A stretch of DNA of 64,000 nt from Isurus oxyrinchus (taxonomy: Eukaryota). The position numbers were made by a program, and so were the translations under genes. Location of the stretch: assembly GCA_026770705.1 (NCBI GenBank), contig JANJGN010000140.1, positions 248,001 to 312,000 of the forward strand, written 5' to 3'. Of the stretch, positions 34,750 to 48,234 are shown one piece after another. The notes below the pieces were generated by a model. The model was not told the DNA's origin, did no database searches, and saw only the letters and a list, made by a program, of their open reading frames with translations. Numbering within the stretch: position 1 is the first letter of the stretch; the number at the start of each line of letters is the position of its first letter.

Positions 34750-35345
34750 TAGAACCATAGAACCATAGAAAAGTGACAGCACAGAAGGAGGCCATTCGGC
34801 CCATCTTGTCCATGTCAGCCGGAGGACACCCAGGTGCCCTTTCTAATCCCACCATCTTGCGTCCGTGCCATAGCCCTGCAGAAAAGGGTGTAGAGTTTCT
34901 GCCTCTACCACCATCTTGGGCAGTGAATTCCAGACACCCACTACCCTCTGCGTAAAAAAGTTCTTCTCATGTCCCCCCTACATCTTCTGCCACTTATGTT
35001 GAATCTATGTCCCCTGGTGCCAGAAGTTTCCACAAAGGGAAACAATTTTATTCTGTCCACTCTATCTATTCCCCTCATAATTTTGTACACTTCAATCAAG
35101 TCACCTCTCAGCCTTCTTTGTTCTAAGGAAAGCGACTCCAACCTCTCCAATCTCTCCTCATAGCTACACTTTTCTAACCCTGGCAACATTCTTGTAAACC
35201 TCCCCTGCACTCTCTCCAGAGCTATTGCATCCTTCTTGTAATGCGATGACCAAAACTGCACACAATGCTCCAGCTGTGGCCTCACCAGTGTTTTATACAA
35301 TTCCAACATTATATCCTTACTTTTATATTCTATAACTCTGCCAAT
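34750..35345 (-). mobile_element. CR1 LINE 3' end
   Basis: LYKTLVRPQLEHCVQFWS...RRLRGDLIEVYKIM; AGAACCATAGAACCATAGAA tail. Confidence 0.85.
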
Positions 35346-35704
35346 GATGGTATGCCCAATTCCAGCTGGGCATCAAATACTGGTCTTGCCAGTGACACCC
35401 ACATCACATGAACAAATTAGAAAAAGGAAAGAAACTGGAATTGTCTGTTCTGAATTTCTATCCCTTACTGACTTCAGTAAACTCCTTTTACAGGATACTT
35501 GAACAGGAAGATTTGCTGACAGGAAACTCAAAGAAAACATCACGTCACAATCTGACAGATTCACTCAATACATCTGGAGCTGGATATCATTGAATCTTTA
35601 ATATAGAAGGAGAAATGTTTTACCAATTGCACAGCCTGAAAAAGCATTGCACCATTCACATCGAGGACAAATTGTGTGGATGAGGTTTGAACTAACCACC
35701 CAAC

Positions 35705-36469
35705 ATGGATAGCCACGAGGACACCAGCACCATGGTGAAACCATGGAAATGTGGGGACTGTGGGAAGGGATTTGGTTCCCCATCAAAGCTGGAAATTCAT
35801 CAACGCAGCCACAATGGGGAGAGGCCATTCACCTGCTCCGTGTGTGGGAAGGGATTCACTCATTCATCCAACCTTCTGAGACACGAGCACATTCACACTG
35901 AGCAGAGTTCAGTCATCTGCTCCGTGTGTGGGAAGGCAATCATTCATTCATCAAACTTTCTGAGGCATCAGCAAACTCACAGTTTAGAGAGGCCGTTCAC
36001 CTGCTCTGTGTGTGGGAAGGGATTCACTCAGTCATCCTACCTGCTGACACACCAGCGCATTCACACAAGGGAGAGTCCATTCATCTGTTGCTTGTGTGGA
36101 GAGGGATTTAACCGATTATCCAGGCTTCTGACGCATCAGAGAATTCACACTGGGGAATTTGGGAAGGGATTTAATCGGCCATCCAAACTACTGACACACC
36201 AGCGAATTCACACTGGGGAGAGGCCATTCACCTGCTCCATGTGCAGGAAGGGATATACCAATTCATCTGACCTGTTGACACATCAGCGAGTTCACACTGG
36301 CGAGAGGCCATTCACATGTTCCATGTGTGGAAAAGGATTCATTCGGTCATACCACATTCTGATACATCAACTTGTGCATACTGATCAGAGACCTTTTAAA
36401 TGTTCTGACTGTGAGAAGACCTTTAAAAGTGAAAAGGATCTGATTACACACCAGCGAGTTCATAAGTGA
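35705..36469 (+). CDS. Tandem C2H2 zinc-finger protein (8 intact fingers + 1 broken), ZNF-1
   Basis: Repeated CxxC-x12-HxxxH with TGERPF linkers; upstream acceptor TTTTACAG at ~35492. The 5' part of the exon is decayed and no promoter is seen, so it may be a pseudogene. Confidence 0.75.
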   Translation: MDSHEDTSTMVKPWKCGDCGKGFGSPSKLEIHQRSHNGERPFTCSVCGKGFTHSSNLLRHEHIHTEQSSVICSVCGKAIIHSSNFLRHQQTHSLERPFTCSVCGKGFTQSSYLLTHQRIHTRESPFICCLCGEGFNRLSRLLTHQRIHTGEFGKGFNRPSKLLTHQRIHTGERPFTCSMCRKGYTNSSDLLTHQRVHTGERPFTCSMCGKGFIRSYHILIHQLVHTDQRPFKCSDCEKTFKSEKDLITHQRVHK

Positions 36470-36569
36470 CTATGGGGATTGAAATCTGGTTACTGTTGCT
36501 GTTAATCCTGTTCAGGATTGAATTCTTTCATTTTGACAGCTGGAGTTTGTTTCTGCTGAAATATAATTG

Positions 36570-38480
36570 TGGAAAGATGGGTGGCAGCTCAGAAGACTGG
36601 ACAGAATTTAAAAAAAGAGATCAATAACTGAAAGATTAACAAAGAAGGAAAAGGTCGAGAATGAGAGAAAGTTAGTTAGAAATATAAAGACAGATAGTAA
36701 GAGTAAATATTGATATTTTAAAATGAAAAGAGTTAACAAAGTGAGGGTTGCTCCTATAGAAAGTGAGTCTGGGGAGTTAATAATGGCAGATGAATTGTAG
36801 AGGTATTTTACATTGTCTTCACTATAGAGGATACAAGTAATATGCCAAGAATGGCTGTAAATCAAGATTTGGAAGTGGGGAGGAGCTCAAGAAAATTACA
36901 ATCACTATGGAAGTGGTACTGAGCAAATTGTTGGAGCTGCGGGCTGATAAGTCCCCCTGTCCTGATGGATTTCATCCTCTGGTCTTAAAAGAAGTGGCTA
37001 GTGAGATAGCTGATGCATTGGTTTTACTTTTCCAAAATTTGCTAGATTCGGGGAAGGTCTCATCAGATAGAAAAATAGAAAAGGGCGGGAGACAGAGAGC
37101 AGGAAAGTATAGGCCAGTTAGCTTAATATCTATCATAGGAAAAATGTTACAAGTGTTATAACAGGGCACTTAGATAAATTCAAGGTAATCAGGAAGAGTC
37201 AACAAGGTTTTGTGAGAGGGAAATCATGCTTAACCAATTTATTGGGGTTCTTTGAAGAAGTAATAGGTGCTGTGGATAAAGGGGAACTGGTGGATGCACT
37301 GTACCTATATTTCCAGAGGGCTTTTGATAAGATGTCACATTAAAGGTTATTGTGGAAAATAAAATCTCATGGTGTAGGGGGTAACATATTGACATGATTC
37401 GAAGATTAGCTAGCTAACAGGAAACAGAGAGTGGGCATAAATGAGTATTTTTCTGATTGGCAGAATGTGATGATTAGTGTGCCACAAGGATCAGTGCTGG
37501 GATCTCAACTCTTTATAGTTCATATAAATGACTTGGATGAAGGAACCAATGGTATGGTTGCTAAATTTGCTTATGACACACAGGTAGGAAAATAAATTGT
37601 GAAGAGGACACAAGGAGGCTACAAAAGGATACAAATAGGTTAGGTGAGTGGGCAAAGATCTGTCAAATGGAGTATAATGTGGGAAAATGTGACGTTGTCC
37701 ATGCTGGCAGGACGAATAAAAAAGCATATTTGAATGAGATTGCAGAGCTCTGAGATTCAGAGGGATCTGGGTGTCCTAGTGCATGAATCACAAAAGGTTA
37801 GTGTGTGGGTACCACAAGTAATTAGCAAAGCTGAAAGAATGTTATCGTTCATTGCAAGGGAAATTGAATATAAAAGTAGGGAGGTTATGCTTCAGTTATG
37901 CAGGGCACTTGGTGAGCCCACATCTGGAGTACTATGTGTAACATTGGTCTCATTATTTAAGGAAATATGTAAATGCATTGGAAGCAGTTCAGCGAAGGTT
38001 GAGTTGATCATTACCAGGAATCGGCGGGTTGTCTTATGAGGAAAGGTTGGACAGACTAGGCTTGTATCTGCTGGAGTTTAGAAGGGTAAGAGGCAACTTG
38101 ATTGATACACATAAAATCATGAGGGGTCTTGTCAAGGTGGATGTGGAAAGGATGTTTTCTCTTCTGAGAGAATCTTTAACTAGGGACCACTCTTTAAGGG
38201 GTCGCCCATTTAAGTTAGAGATGAGAAATTATTTTTTCTCTCGTAGGGTTGTGAGACTTTGGAATTCTCTTCCTCAAAAGGCAGTTGAGACAGAATCGTT
38301 GAATATATTTAAGGCAGAGGTAGATAGATTCTTGATAAGCAAGGGGTGAAATGTTATCGGGGTCAGCAGGAATGTGTAGTTGAGATTACAATCAGATCAG
38401 CCATGATCTTATTGAATGGTGGAACAAACCCAAGGGGCCGAGTGGCCTACTCCTGCTCCTAATTCGTTAGTTCATATATA
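36570..38480 (+). mobile_element. CR1 LINE (decayed RT and 3' UTR)
   Basis: KSPCPDGFHPLVLKE, YRPVSLIS, MSYEERLDRLGLYLLEFRRVRGNLI, RRVVRLWNSLP. Confidence 0.9.
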
Positions 38481-40639
38481 AGTTGATAAACCATATCAAT
38501 GGGCTGCTGTTTAATATTCTGGATACATGTCACATAGCATGTCAAACTTTGCTTTTCAGACATTGTTGTATAATTTTGTCTTTCGTACCTGAGTGTTTAA
38601 CATCAGCTGGCTGGAGCTCAGAAACGACAATCTGGGGGAGGATCATACGGCAGGAACAGAACTTCAGCATGGATGCAATCCTTTAAGGTCATACTGAAAG
38701 CGACAAATGACACTTTGGTCTTTCTTATATTTCTTCACTGACAGCAAAACCCACATGTGGATTAATCCTGAGGTGTGTGAGAAATGTGTCACAACCACTT
38801 CTGTGCAATACATACAGCCTAAAGATGACCAAGGTCAGGCTGTGGAGTCCGAGGCCACATAGAAGAATGGATGGAGAAATACAAACTCCCTGTAAATCTA
38901 ACACTCTGATTTCTGTTTGGAATCATTGGGTTTCAAAGCTCCCAGGCACCCAGTAGAAGGCTCCTTTGCAACTGTGGTTGTACAACATGGGTCAGGCAGT
39001 CTGGAAACGTGCTGTTAAATCAGAGATTGGTGTAAAAACTGTGCTCTGTTTCTGACTGAAACTGAAATGCAGGAATAAGTCTCCAGTTTAAAAATGACTG
39101 TGGTGATTATTCTGTGAAGTTTTTAAGGTTTATTGGTGACAGTCCTGAGTCCACTACTTTTAGCCAATATCAACAACAACTTGTATTGAAATAGCACCTT
39201 TAACATAGTAAAACGTAGCTAAAAGTAAATAGTGTAAAGTCTGTATTAAAATAACACAAGGAGGAATTCACAGGATCCTTTAAACTCCTGGGACAATTAT
39301 ACAACAGACATTTGATCTCCAGATAAAGAAGGACCTACACCATGTTTCCAAGAATTCCCTGCTATATTGATGTATATGTGTTAGATCCCAGGATTTTGTT
39401 GCCGTCTTCCTCCGCTTTGCTTCCTCAACTGTGCTTCCCAATTTGATAAACAATTAATTCATAAATAAATCAGTTCATCACTTCCTCGTGTCATTGTACA
39501 CTCTGAATTAAAGATTTAATGAACTGTACAACAAAGTTTAATTAACTGGGAATTCTTATCAGTGATTTACTGTAATCCTGCTCCCAAATTTTAATATTGG
39601 ATTTCTGATTTCTGAGTCCAAATCGTTTATAAAAAAATGAATAACAGTGGTTCAAGCATTGCTTCCTGTGGAACATCAATTCCCACCTTTTACCAGTCTG
39701 AGTCGTTACTCTTACCCTCTTCCCTCTGTTTTCTGTTTTGTAACCCGCTTGTTATCCATAACAGTGTGCACAAGGTGACCAAGATCATGCTGTGTGGAGT
39801 GAAGGGCCAGGCAGCAGATGGATGGAAAGATGGCTACAAAACCGAAATCAGAGGGTTAGATTTAGAGGGAGTTTGGAGCCATCTTTTCATCCATTCTGCT
39901 CTGTGGCCTGACCTTCACCGAGACCATCAATATAAGGGGAATTATCCAGAATACCAATAGGAAAGTAGAGGCTGCAATTATGCAAAGATGTTCTGTATTG
40001 TTTAAAATCTCCCACCAGGGCTGATCACCAGAGTGGCCATAGACCACCTAATATCGGTGGCTTAGCTTTTTGTCATTATGTCTGTTCAAGATGTTGTCCA
40101 GTATAGATTAATGTTCAGAGAAAGTGCTGGAATTAAATAGTCAAAACTGATTTGAGTCCCTGGAGGGTGATGTTTACTTGAATTTCTATAACCTTTTGGT
40201 CCTTAGAGACACTGATACTTTATCGCCAGTCTTAGTCAGTAGTTGGGTTGGTGATGTGAGGCATAACCTGGTTCACCTGATCAATAGGAAGTGAATCCAT
40301 GTGGGTTTGTGTATGTGTTGTGTCAAACCAAGTGCAAGGTCCCATGTCCTTTGTAACAACATGAAGAGTCTGTTTTTTTTTCAAGATCCCTTCCTTTCCC
40401 CTCACTATTATCCTCAGTTCAGAAAACATTTGTGTACATCATCCTCCAGCATGCTACCGTCTCCACTAAATACTTCCATCAGTCTTACTAACAGATAGGA
40501 CTGGGATCACTGATATCACAGGAATAATTTCTGAAATGCTGTCATTCTGATTTTAAGTCTTCCTGGAGTAAGACATTGATCCAGACCTTCCCACCTAACA
40601 CCATCCGAGTTTCAGATTTTAATGTGATTGTCAGATATG

Positions 40640-40985
40640 TTTAGCATCTGTCCATCTGTGAGAGATGATGGTAATGCAACCTCAGAACTTTGGTGAGATC
40701 AGATGAGATGATCTGCTGCACTTCATATGATGGCTGAACAAGCCGATTCTGTAAAGGCGAAAGTGCCTCGGATGAAAGTTTTCCTTACTCGTGTTGCGAG
40801 ACCATCTCTGCTGACACCTTGTTTGTCTGTGTTGGAGTTTCTGAAATAACATGTTGCTGTGGTGGTGAACTCCTGCCCACAGCTGGTGTTTCCAAATGCA
40901 TCAATCATCAATTAGCTTCCCACTTGTCATGATTAATGTTGAGGGCTTTCATGTCTCATCTTTGAAGGTTTGTGATTGTGCAATA
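40640..40985 (-). mobile_element. RTE-clade LINE 3' fragment
   Basis: Reverse strand encodes DMKALNINHDKWEA, IWKHQLWAGV and RIGLFSHHMKC, resembling the RTE ORF C-terminus. Confidence 0.6.
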
Positions 40986-41359
40986 TGGAAAACATGTTTA
41001 ACCTCTTTAAACCAGGTTCAGCACATCCCCTCCACACACATTACAACAAATTGTCTTTGAGATCAGTTTTTGTTTACATTCTGTGTTGTTCTGAATATTA
41101 AACTTATCCCTGACCTGTCCTAACACTCATGCCGGTTCATTTATTGAAACCAAGGACTCCCCTTGTTCTAATGGTGAATTCCCTGTCTGCGCAGTTATTC
41201 CTTTAATTTTGTGCCTTGTTTCACCATGTTTCCACATTTCAGTAACAAATGTTGAAATATTTGCTCCACACCCACAGGGTTTCATCTGTTTAAAGCCACA
41301 AACAGAAAGGTCCAGTTTTCTCCTTGCGTTTGAGGCAAATCATCTTCCAAAATGATGCA

Positions 41360-41850
41360 GAGTTTCAGCCAATGAGGGAGACCCTGGTTCAGCCCCGCCC
41401 CTCCTTCACTCCAATTGGCTGGAGGGCCAGCCGCTCCCCCTTTGGTACTGCAGAACTGTTACCTCTTCCTATTGGTTCAGACCTACCGTCAATCACCCAG
41501 GCATTGTGATAGGAGCATGCGCATTGTGGCTGCTGGAGCTGGACATCAGTGTGCAGGTGCAATTCCGCCTCGATTTTGGAACATGCGCAGTGTGAGTGAG
41601 GGCGAAGGAAAGCTGCTGGTTTGTCCGGTCCGCAGCCGGTAAGATAAAGGGCGGAATTGAGGGAGAAATGCAGCCGGCGGGTGGACATGCAGGCTTCGGA
41701 AACACCTTGAGCAGTTGTGAAGCCAGAATAACAAGCTACCGGTTCCTCGCTGGTGTCTGTGGGCGGCAGTTGCACCGATCCGCGTTCCTCGGTGAGAGGC
41801 CCGGATTAACGACTGCCATCTTGTGCAGCAGGGCGCATGCGCGGTCATCC
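41360..41850 (+). promoter_or_regulatory. CpG-rich promoter and non-coding first exon of ZNF-2
   Basis: CCAAT/ATTGG boxes, GC box CCCCGCCC, NRF1-like (T/G)GCGCATGCGC motifs (e.g. 41833), donor CCG|GTAAGA at 41639, YY1-like GCCATCTT at 41815. Confidence 0.7.
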
Positions 41851-42558
41851 CTGCCTTTGTCAGCAGGAGGAGAGAATATTGTGCATTTCTATCCTGGACT
41901 GACAGGGCTGGATTTTGGAAAATGATTAATTCATTGATTTTATTGTCAGTCTGCAGACAGGAGCTGGAGAATTGAACCCAGGCAGAGGAGACGGAGGGAG
42001 AAAATTGTGAGTGGAGGAAAGAAATGGAGGAGATGGGTTTGGATTTCAGCCCAGGGAGGAGGGAGAGTGTGTTGTACGTGAATTTACAGCTTTGGGGGAA
42101 CAAGAGAAAAAACAATATTCCGCTAAAACTAGAATTGTTTGTTCTGACTTTCCATCCCGGACTGACAGTGATGACTTTTATAAACTCGTTTTCCAGGGTA
42201 TTAGAAGGGAAGGATTTGCAGATGTGAAACTCAAACCGAACATCTTCTGACAGAGTCACCCGGTTCACCAGAACCTGAATATCCTCGGATTTTGAATGTG
42301 GAAGGAGAAATGTTTGTCTGTTCTGTTCGTGGGGAAAGATACTTAACTTCAGTGTCACTGGAAAAACACCGAGACACACACACACACACCCGAGTGAGAG
42401 TGTTTCAGTGAACTGACTGTGGAAAGAGCTTTAACCAGCTGAACAGCCTGAAAAAGCATCACATCGGTCACAGTGAGGAGAAACCATACACATGTTCTGT
42501 GTCTGGACAAGGTTTCAACTGATCATTCAACCTGGAGAGACACAAAGACACCCGCACT

Positions 42559-43458
42559 ATGGAGAAACCATGGAAATGTGAGGACTCTGGGAAAGGATTC
42601 AGTTACTCATATCTGCTGGAAAACAATAAACGCAGTTACACAGGGGAGAGGCCATTCACCTGTTCTATGTGCGGGGAGGGATTTACTCAGTCATCTGGCC
42701 TTTGGTCACACCAGCGCATTCACACTGAGGAGAAGCTATTCAACTGCACTTCCTGTGGAAAGAGGTTCAGGCATTCTTCTGCACTCACTGTACACCAATG
42801 CACTCACACTGGGGAGAGGCCATTCACCTGCTCCGAGTGTGGGAAGGGATTTACTCAGTCATTCCACCTGACACAGCAGCGAGTTCACACTGGAGAGAGG
42901 CTGTTCACTTGCTCTGTGTGTGGGAAAGGATTCACTGGGTTATCCCACCTGCTGTCACACCAGCGAATTCACATTGAAGAGAAGCCATTCAGTTGCACTT
43001 CCTGTGGAAAGAGTTTCCGGCAGGCATCCTCCCTCATTTTACACCAGCAAGTTCACACTGGGGAGAGACAATTTGCCTGCTCCATGTGTGGGAAGGGATT
43101 CACAGTTTTACCCAACCTGCTGAGACACCAGCAAATTCACACTGGGGAGAAGCCATTTAGCTGCACTTCCTGTGGGAAGAGTCTCAGGCAGTCATCCAAC
43201 CTCACTGCTCACCAATGCACTCACACTGCGGTGAGACCATTCACATGCTCCGTATGTGGGAAAGGATTCAGTTGGTCATCCAACCTCACCGCACACCAGC
43301 GAGTTCACACTGGGGAGAAGCCATTCACTTGCTCGCTGTGTGGGAAGGGATTTGCAAAATCTTTCAACCTGCTGACCCACCAACGCACTCACATTGAGAA
43401 GAGGTTATTCAACTCTCAGTGTGTGGGAAGGGATTCACTCAGTCACGATGCCTCCTGA
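42559..43458 (+). CDS. Tandem C2H2 zinc-finger protein (8 intact fingers), ZNF-2
   Basis: TGERPF/TGEKPF-linked C2H2 array; degenerate fingers upstream of the ATG and a frameshifted last finger; acceptor TTTCCAG at ~42197. Confidence 0.82.
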   Translation: MEKPWKCEDSGKGFSYSYLLENNKRSYTGERPFTCSMCGEGFTQSSGLWSHQRIHTEEKLFNCTSCGKRFRHSSALTVHQCTHTGERPFTCSECGKGFTQSFHLTQQRVHTGERLFTCSVCGKGFTGLSHLLSHQRIHIEEKPFSCTSCGKSFRQASSLILHQQVHTGERQFACSMCGKGFTVLPNLLRHQQIHTGEKPFSCTSCGKSLRQSSNLTAHQCTHTAVRPFTCSVCGKGFSWSSNLTAHQRVHTGEKPFTCSLCGKGFAKSFNLLTHQRTHIEKRLFNSQCVGRDSLSHDAS

Positions 43459-44039
43459 GACATCAGCAAGTTCATAAGTGACTGCAGGGTTTGGATCCTG
43501 CTGTTCTTGCTGCTTGTAAGCTTGTTTAGTATTGATAGTCTGGCAATATTTTGTTTCTGCTGATGTTCACAACCGTATAACTGGCTCGAGTTTAATATTC
43601 TGGAGATATCACTGATTTTCAGGGCTGCAGTGTCCCTTTTTAAAAGCACCATCTGTGATCCTTCCCCTTAATTTCAAAAACTTTCAGTGGGAACCCCTTG
43701 ACAATAAAATTATGAACTTTTACTACAATCGTAAATTGATATTTGGTGAAAAATCTACAATTCAGTGTCTGAAAGATTTAACTGCAGGGATCTAAATTTT
43801 TTTTCAATGCCAATGGGAAGAGGATAACCAGGGAAAGAGTAGGGCTCATTAGGGACCAGTGGGCCTTGACATCTTGACCAACATTCAAGGCTATGGGCCA
43901 AATGCTGGTAAATGGGATTAGGTAGGTAGGTCAGGTTTTTCTCACGTGTTGGTGCAGAATCGATGGGCTGAAGGGCCTCTTCTGCACTGTGTGATTCTGA
44001 GACGATTTCAGGTGTGACTGGAAAAATGCCGAGACACAC

Positions 44040-45220
44040 AAACCCTGGTTAGAGCACACCTGAAGAACTGTGTTCAGTTCTGGGCAACAAACATCAGGAA
44101 GGATAGAAAGGCCTAGGAGGGAATGTAGCACATATTTACCTGAGTGATCTGAGCTCCAAGGGTTAAGTTACAGAATGAGATTACAGAAAAGAGTCACAGA
44201 GTTATTGTGGCACAGAGGAGGCCATTAGGCCCATTGAGTCCATGCCAGCTTTGTAGAGCAATCCAATCAGTCCTCTTCCCCTGCTCTATCCCCGTATCCT
44301 TGCAAGTTTATTTCCCTCATGCTTCTGTCCAATTTCCTTTTGAAATCGCTCACCATGTCCATTTCCACCCACCTCATAGGCAGTAGCCTCCAGGTCATTA
44401 CCACTCACTGTGTAAAAATATTCTTCCTCACATCTCCCACACCTTTTACCCAAAATCTTAAACCTCTGTCCTTGAGTCCTTGTCTGATCAGCTGATGGGA
44501 ATAGCTTTTCTTTGTCCCCATATCTAAACCAGTCATAATCTTGTACACCTCTACCAATCTCCCCTCAACCTCCTTTGCAGGAGCTATTCTGGTAAATCTC
44601 CTCTGCACCTTCTCAACAACCTTCACATCCTTCCTAAAGTGAGGTGACCAGAACTGGATGCAATTCTCGAACTGTGGCCTAACCAGAGCTTTATAAAGAA
44701 GTCAGCATAACTTCCCTGTTTTTGTTCTCAATATCACTATTTATGAAGCTCAAGATCCAATCGGCTTTGCTAACCACTCTCTTAATACATTTTGTCACCT
44801 TCAGAGATCAAAGCACATGAAGCCCCAGGTCCCTCTGTCCCTGCACACTCTTTAGAGCTGTGCCATGAATAATATTTTCCCTCTCCCTATTCCTCCTGAT
44901 AAAAGCCTTCACCTCACTGTGAGGGTTGTAATCCCTGGAATTTATAAGAATAAGAGCTGATTTGATCAAAGTTTTTGGGATATTAATTGGAACTGACAGG
45001 ATGGATAGAGAGGAACCATTTCCACTGGTTGGGGAATCTAGGACAAGTGGGCGGAGGCTAGATATAGAATCAGGTTCCAACATCTTTTCAAAGAGAGAGT
45101 TCCAGATCCTGACAACTCTCTGTTGGTGCACTTCCCTGTTTTTGTACTCAGTACCTCTATTTATGAAGCCAAGACCCCCATATGCTTCACTGACTACTCC
45201 TCAATCTGCCCTGCCATAAG
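44040..45220. mobile_element. Nested CR1 3' fragments in both orientations
   Basis: VEKVQRRFTR, VEVYKIMTGLD, RVVRIWNSL and DREEPFPLVGESRT motifs on both strands. Confidence 0.65.
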
Positions 45221-47108
45221 AAATCGGTCCCACAAATGGCTTAATTATCACTTATACTCACAAAGCTGATGTAGTGATACAAGATTTAAAATAGTTCCTG
45301 TAATATGTGCCCTGAACACCACACACCCATCCCCAAGGCTATGTCATCACATCTACAAGAACCGCGATCTTCAGATGATAAGGGAATTATCCAGGAATCT
45401 TATTGGTCTGAATGCAGGGAGAGAGATGGGTGGACTGTGACCACCCAGTTGCCAAGACCCCGATGTTAAGGCAGTTTTCGGAAAACACTGTGATTGTCCC
45501 TGTGATAGTGACACCAGTAAAAAGGGTGGAGGGAAGAGAGAGATCGGTGACTGGGCTGGAATAGAGGCCACGGCTGGCACAGCAGCTGAGAAGCACTTAG
45601 ACATGGACAATATGTGGGAACAGGACGAGGCTGTGAGGCAGCAATGGACAGGAATCTTCAGTAAAAGAAATAAAAGGCAGAGAGATGAAATCCTGGAACA
45701 AGAAGGAGTGAAATCCAGAAAAGAGATGGTGGACGCACTGATCGAGAGAAAGGGAATGGTCAATGAGATCATTCAGCACAATAAGATTGAGGTGAAAAGT
45801 CAGAACATGTCTAAAGCTGTTCCCTGTGTGATGTAAGGAAGGTTTTTTATTGGATCAGATACAACAAGGCCAGGAGGACATTGAAAAGCAATAGAGAGCC
45901 CAAAGGCTCTGGAGGGGGAGGGTTAATAATCCCAGGGAGTCACAGGCTGCACAAACTTCAAATATGAGCCCAGACCCATTGTAAAGCAGTGAACAAATAA
46001 ATCCCTGAATTTACTGAGACTCTTTTCTGTGTCCCAGCTCCTAGAAATACTGACTGGAAAGGGCCCGGAATCTCAGGAGGCTGCACACCGCTGGCTGCTC
46101 ATGAGGAAGTGATCTCCGATCAAATTAATGTGCTTCTGCTGTGAGTATTTAATAAAGTGTCTGAACCCCTCATTGTGCTTCCTGTCCAATATCCGCCCCC
46201 ATGCATGGACCTTCTGTTTTACCAACTGGGGGAAAAAAATGCCCGTTCACTGATTGGTATCATTGACAGCTGGTTTATCCAGAATGCCCTGTGGGTCAGA
46301 AAGTCCCCTATCAATGAGAACAGGAACCCAGAGCGCCAGCATGGGGACCGGGCTGTGCTCTGAGGCAGGGGCACAGCTGGGCGATGTTACTGAGGTGGAA
46401 ATGGATGGTTTTAGTGATTTGTAGTCAGAAGCTCAGCTTGGGCTGAAATATGACAACAAGATTGTGAGCAGTCTGGTTCAGCCTCAGAGAGCTGCAAGAG
46501 GGATGGAGTCGGTGGTTCGGGAGCGGAGACAATGGCTTTCATCTTCCCAACATTTAAATGGAGGAAATTTCTGCTCATCCAGTACTGGATGTCAGACAAG
46601 TTAGGACAGTGTGTGAGTTGGAGGTGATGGTGTTCACTGACATCTGTTACCTTCGTCCTTCTAGGTAGTGGATGTTGAGGGATTGGGATATTCTGCCAAA
46701 GTTCTGGTTGAGCTGAAGATGTATTAAAAACATCTTCACCCTCTGCACCTCCCACCTCTCTCTTTCCTCCCATGGAGGCCAGAGTCCTGTGTAACCCAGA
46801 CCAGGTGGCAGGTTCCATTCCCTGAAGGGCATTAGTGAACCAGTTGTGTTTTTATGACAATCCGGCAGTTTTCATGGTCACTTTTTCCTGGTGCCAGCCC
46901 CACACATTAACAGATTCATTCAGCTCGATTTCACAACCTGCCTTTGTGTTTTTGTGGATTCTCTCTCTCTCCCTTTTTTCTGTTTTAAATCAGTTTCACA
47001 GGGGATTACAAGGGGAGGATTTGCAGTCGGGAAACAGAAACAAAACATCACAGCAGAATCTGACATTCGCCCGATTTATCATAACCTGAATATCATTTGA
47101 TTTTGAAC

Positions 47109-47786
47109 ATGGAAGGAAAAAGTACCGTTCACAGTGGAGAGAAATCGTACACATGTCCTGTGTGTGGACAAGGCTTCAACCAATCATCTGACCTGTCAAG
47201 ACACAAGCGCAGCCACATCGGGGAGAAACCATGGAAATGTGGGGACTGTGGGAAGGGATTCAGATTCCCGTCAGAACTGGAAGAGCATTGGCGCATTCAC
47301 ACTGGGGAGAGGCCGTTCACCTGCTCCACCTGTGGGAAGGGATTTACCCTCTCATCCAACTTGCTGAGACACCAGCGAGTTCACAGTGACGTGAGACCTT
47401 TTAAATGCCCAGACTGTGGGAAGTGCTTTAAAAGTTCCTGGGAGCTGATGTACTATCAGTGTGTTCACACTGACAAGAAACCATTTAAATGCTCTCAATG
47501 CGGGAATGGGTTCAGGCGATCATCTCAACTCATTGTACACCAGCGAATTCACACTGGGGAGAGGCCGTTCACCTGCTCCACTTGTGGGAAGGGATTCACT
47601 TATTCACCCCACCTGCTGAGACATCTGCGAGTTCACATGGGGGAGAGACCGTTTATCTGCTCTGAGTGTGGGAAGGGATTCACTCGGTCATCCCACCTGC
47701 TGACACACCAGCAAGTTCACACTGGGGAGAGGCCATTTAGCTGCCCCAGTGTGGGAAGGGATTCACTCAGTTATCTAGCCTGCTGA
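47109..47786 (+). CDS. Tandem C2H2 zinc-finger protein (6 intact fingers before a frameshift), ZNF-3
   Basis: [19 protein letters not shown]... A frameshift near 47745 truncates the array; further decayed fingers with a stop continue to ~48062. Confidence 0.75.
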   Translation: MEGKSTVHSGEKSYTCPVCGQGFNQSSDLSRHKRSHIGEKPWKCGDCGKGFRFPSELEEHWRIHTGERPFTCSTCGKGFTLSSNLLRHQRVHSDVRPFKCPDCGKCFKSSWELMYYQCVHTDKKPFKCSQCGNGFRRSSQLIVHQRIHTGERPFTCSTCGKGFTYSPHLLRHLRVHMGERPFICSECGKGFTRSSHLLTHQQVHTGERPFSCPSVGRDSLSYLAC

Positions 47787-48234
47787 GACACCAGCAAATT
47801 CACAGTGGGAAGAGGCCGTTTTCCTGCCCTCAGTGTGGGAAGAGATTCACTACCTCATCCAACCTGCTGACACACCAATGAATTCACACTGGAGAGAGGC
47901 CATTCACCTGCCCTCAGTTTGGGAAGAGATTTACTACCTCAAACAACCTACTGATACACCAGCGAGTTCACACTGAGGAGAGACCATTCACTTGTGCCCA
48001 GTGTGGGAAGCGATTCACTCATTCACCCCACCTGCTGCGACACCAGCGAATTCACAAGTAACGACAGTGATGGGATTTTGCTGTTCATCACATCTAGGAC
48101 TGAATCATGTTCATTGGGGCCTGTTTCCGCTGATGTTAATAAACTACAGCCCACTTATAGGGTCTAATCTGGCGAAAAGTCAAATAAATTAGTTTTGTGT
48201 TAAAGACACACTGCGTTGAATCTTTTTAATATCA

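Noticed and set aside
38770-38830. Possible TRIM B-box relic (CEKC..HFCAIH)
   Set aside because: Needs frameshifts, is very short, and has no RING or other TRIM exon nearby.
41546-42385. 279-aa minus-strand ORF
   Set aside because: Antisense to the ZNF-2 promoter and intron, no recognisable domain; likely a chance open frame.
45268-46172. Possible solo LTR (TG...AATAAA...CA)
   Set aside because: No matching TSD, PBS/PPT or second copy found.
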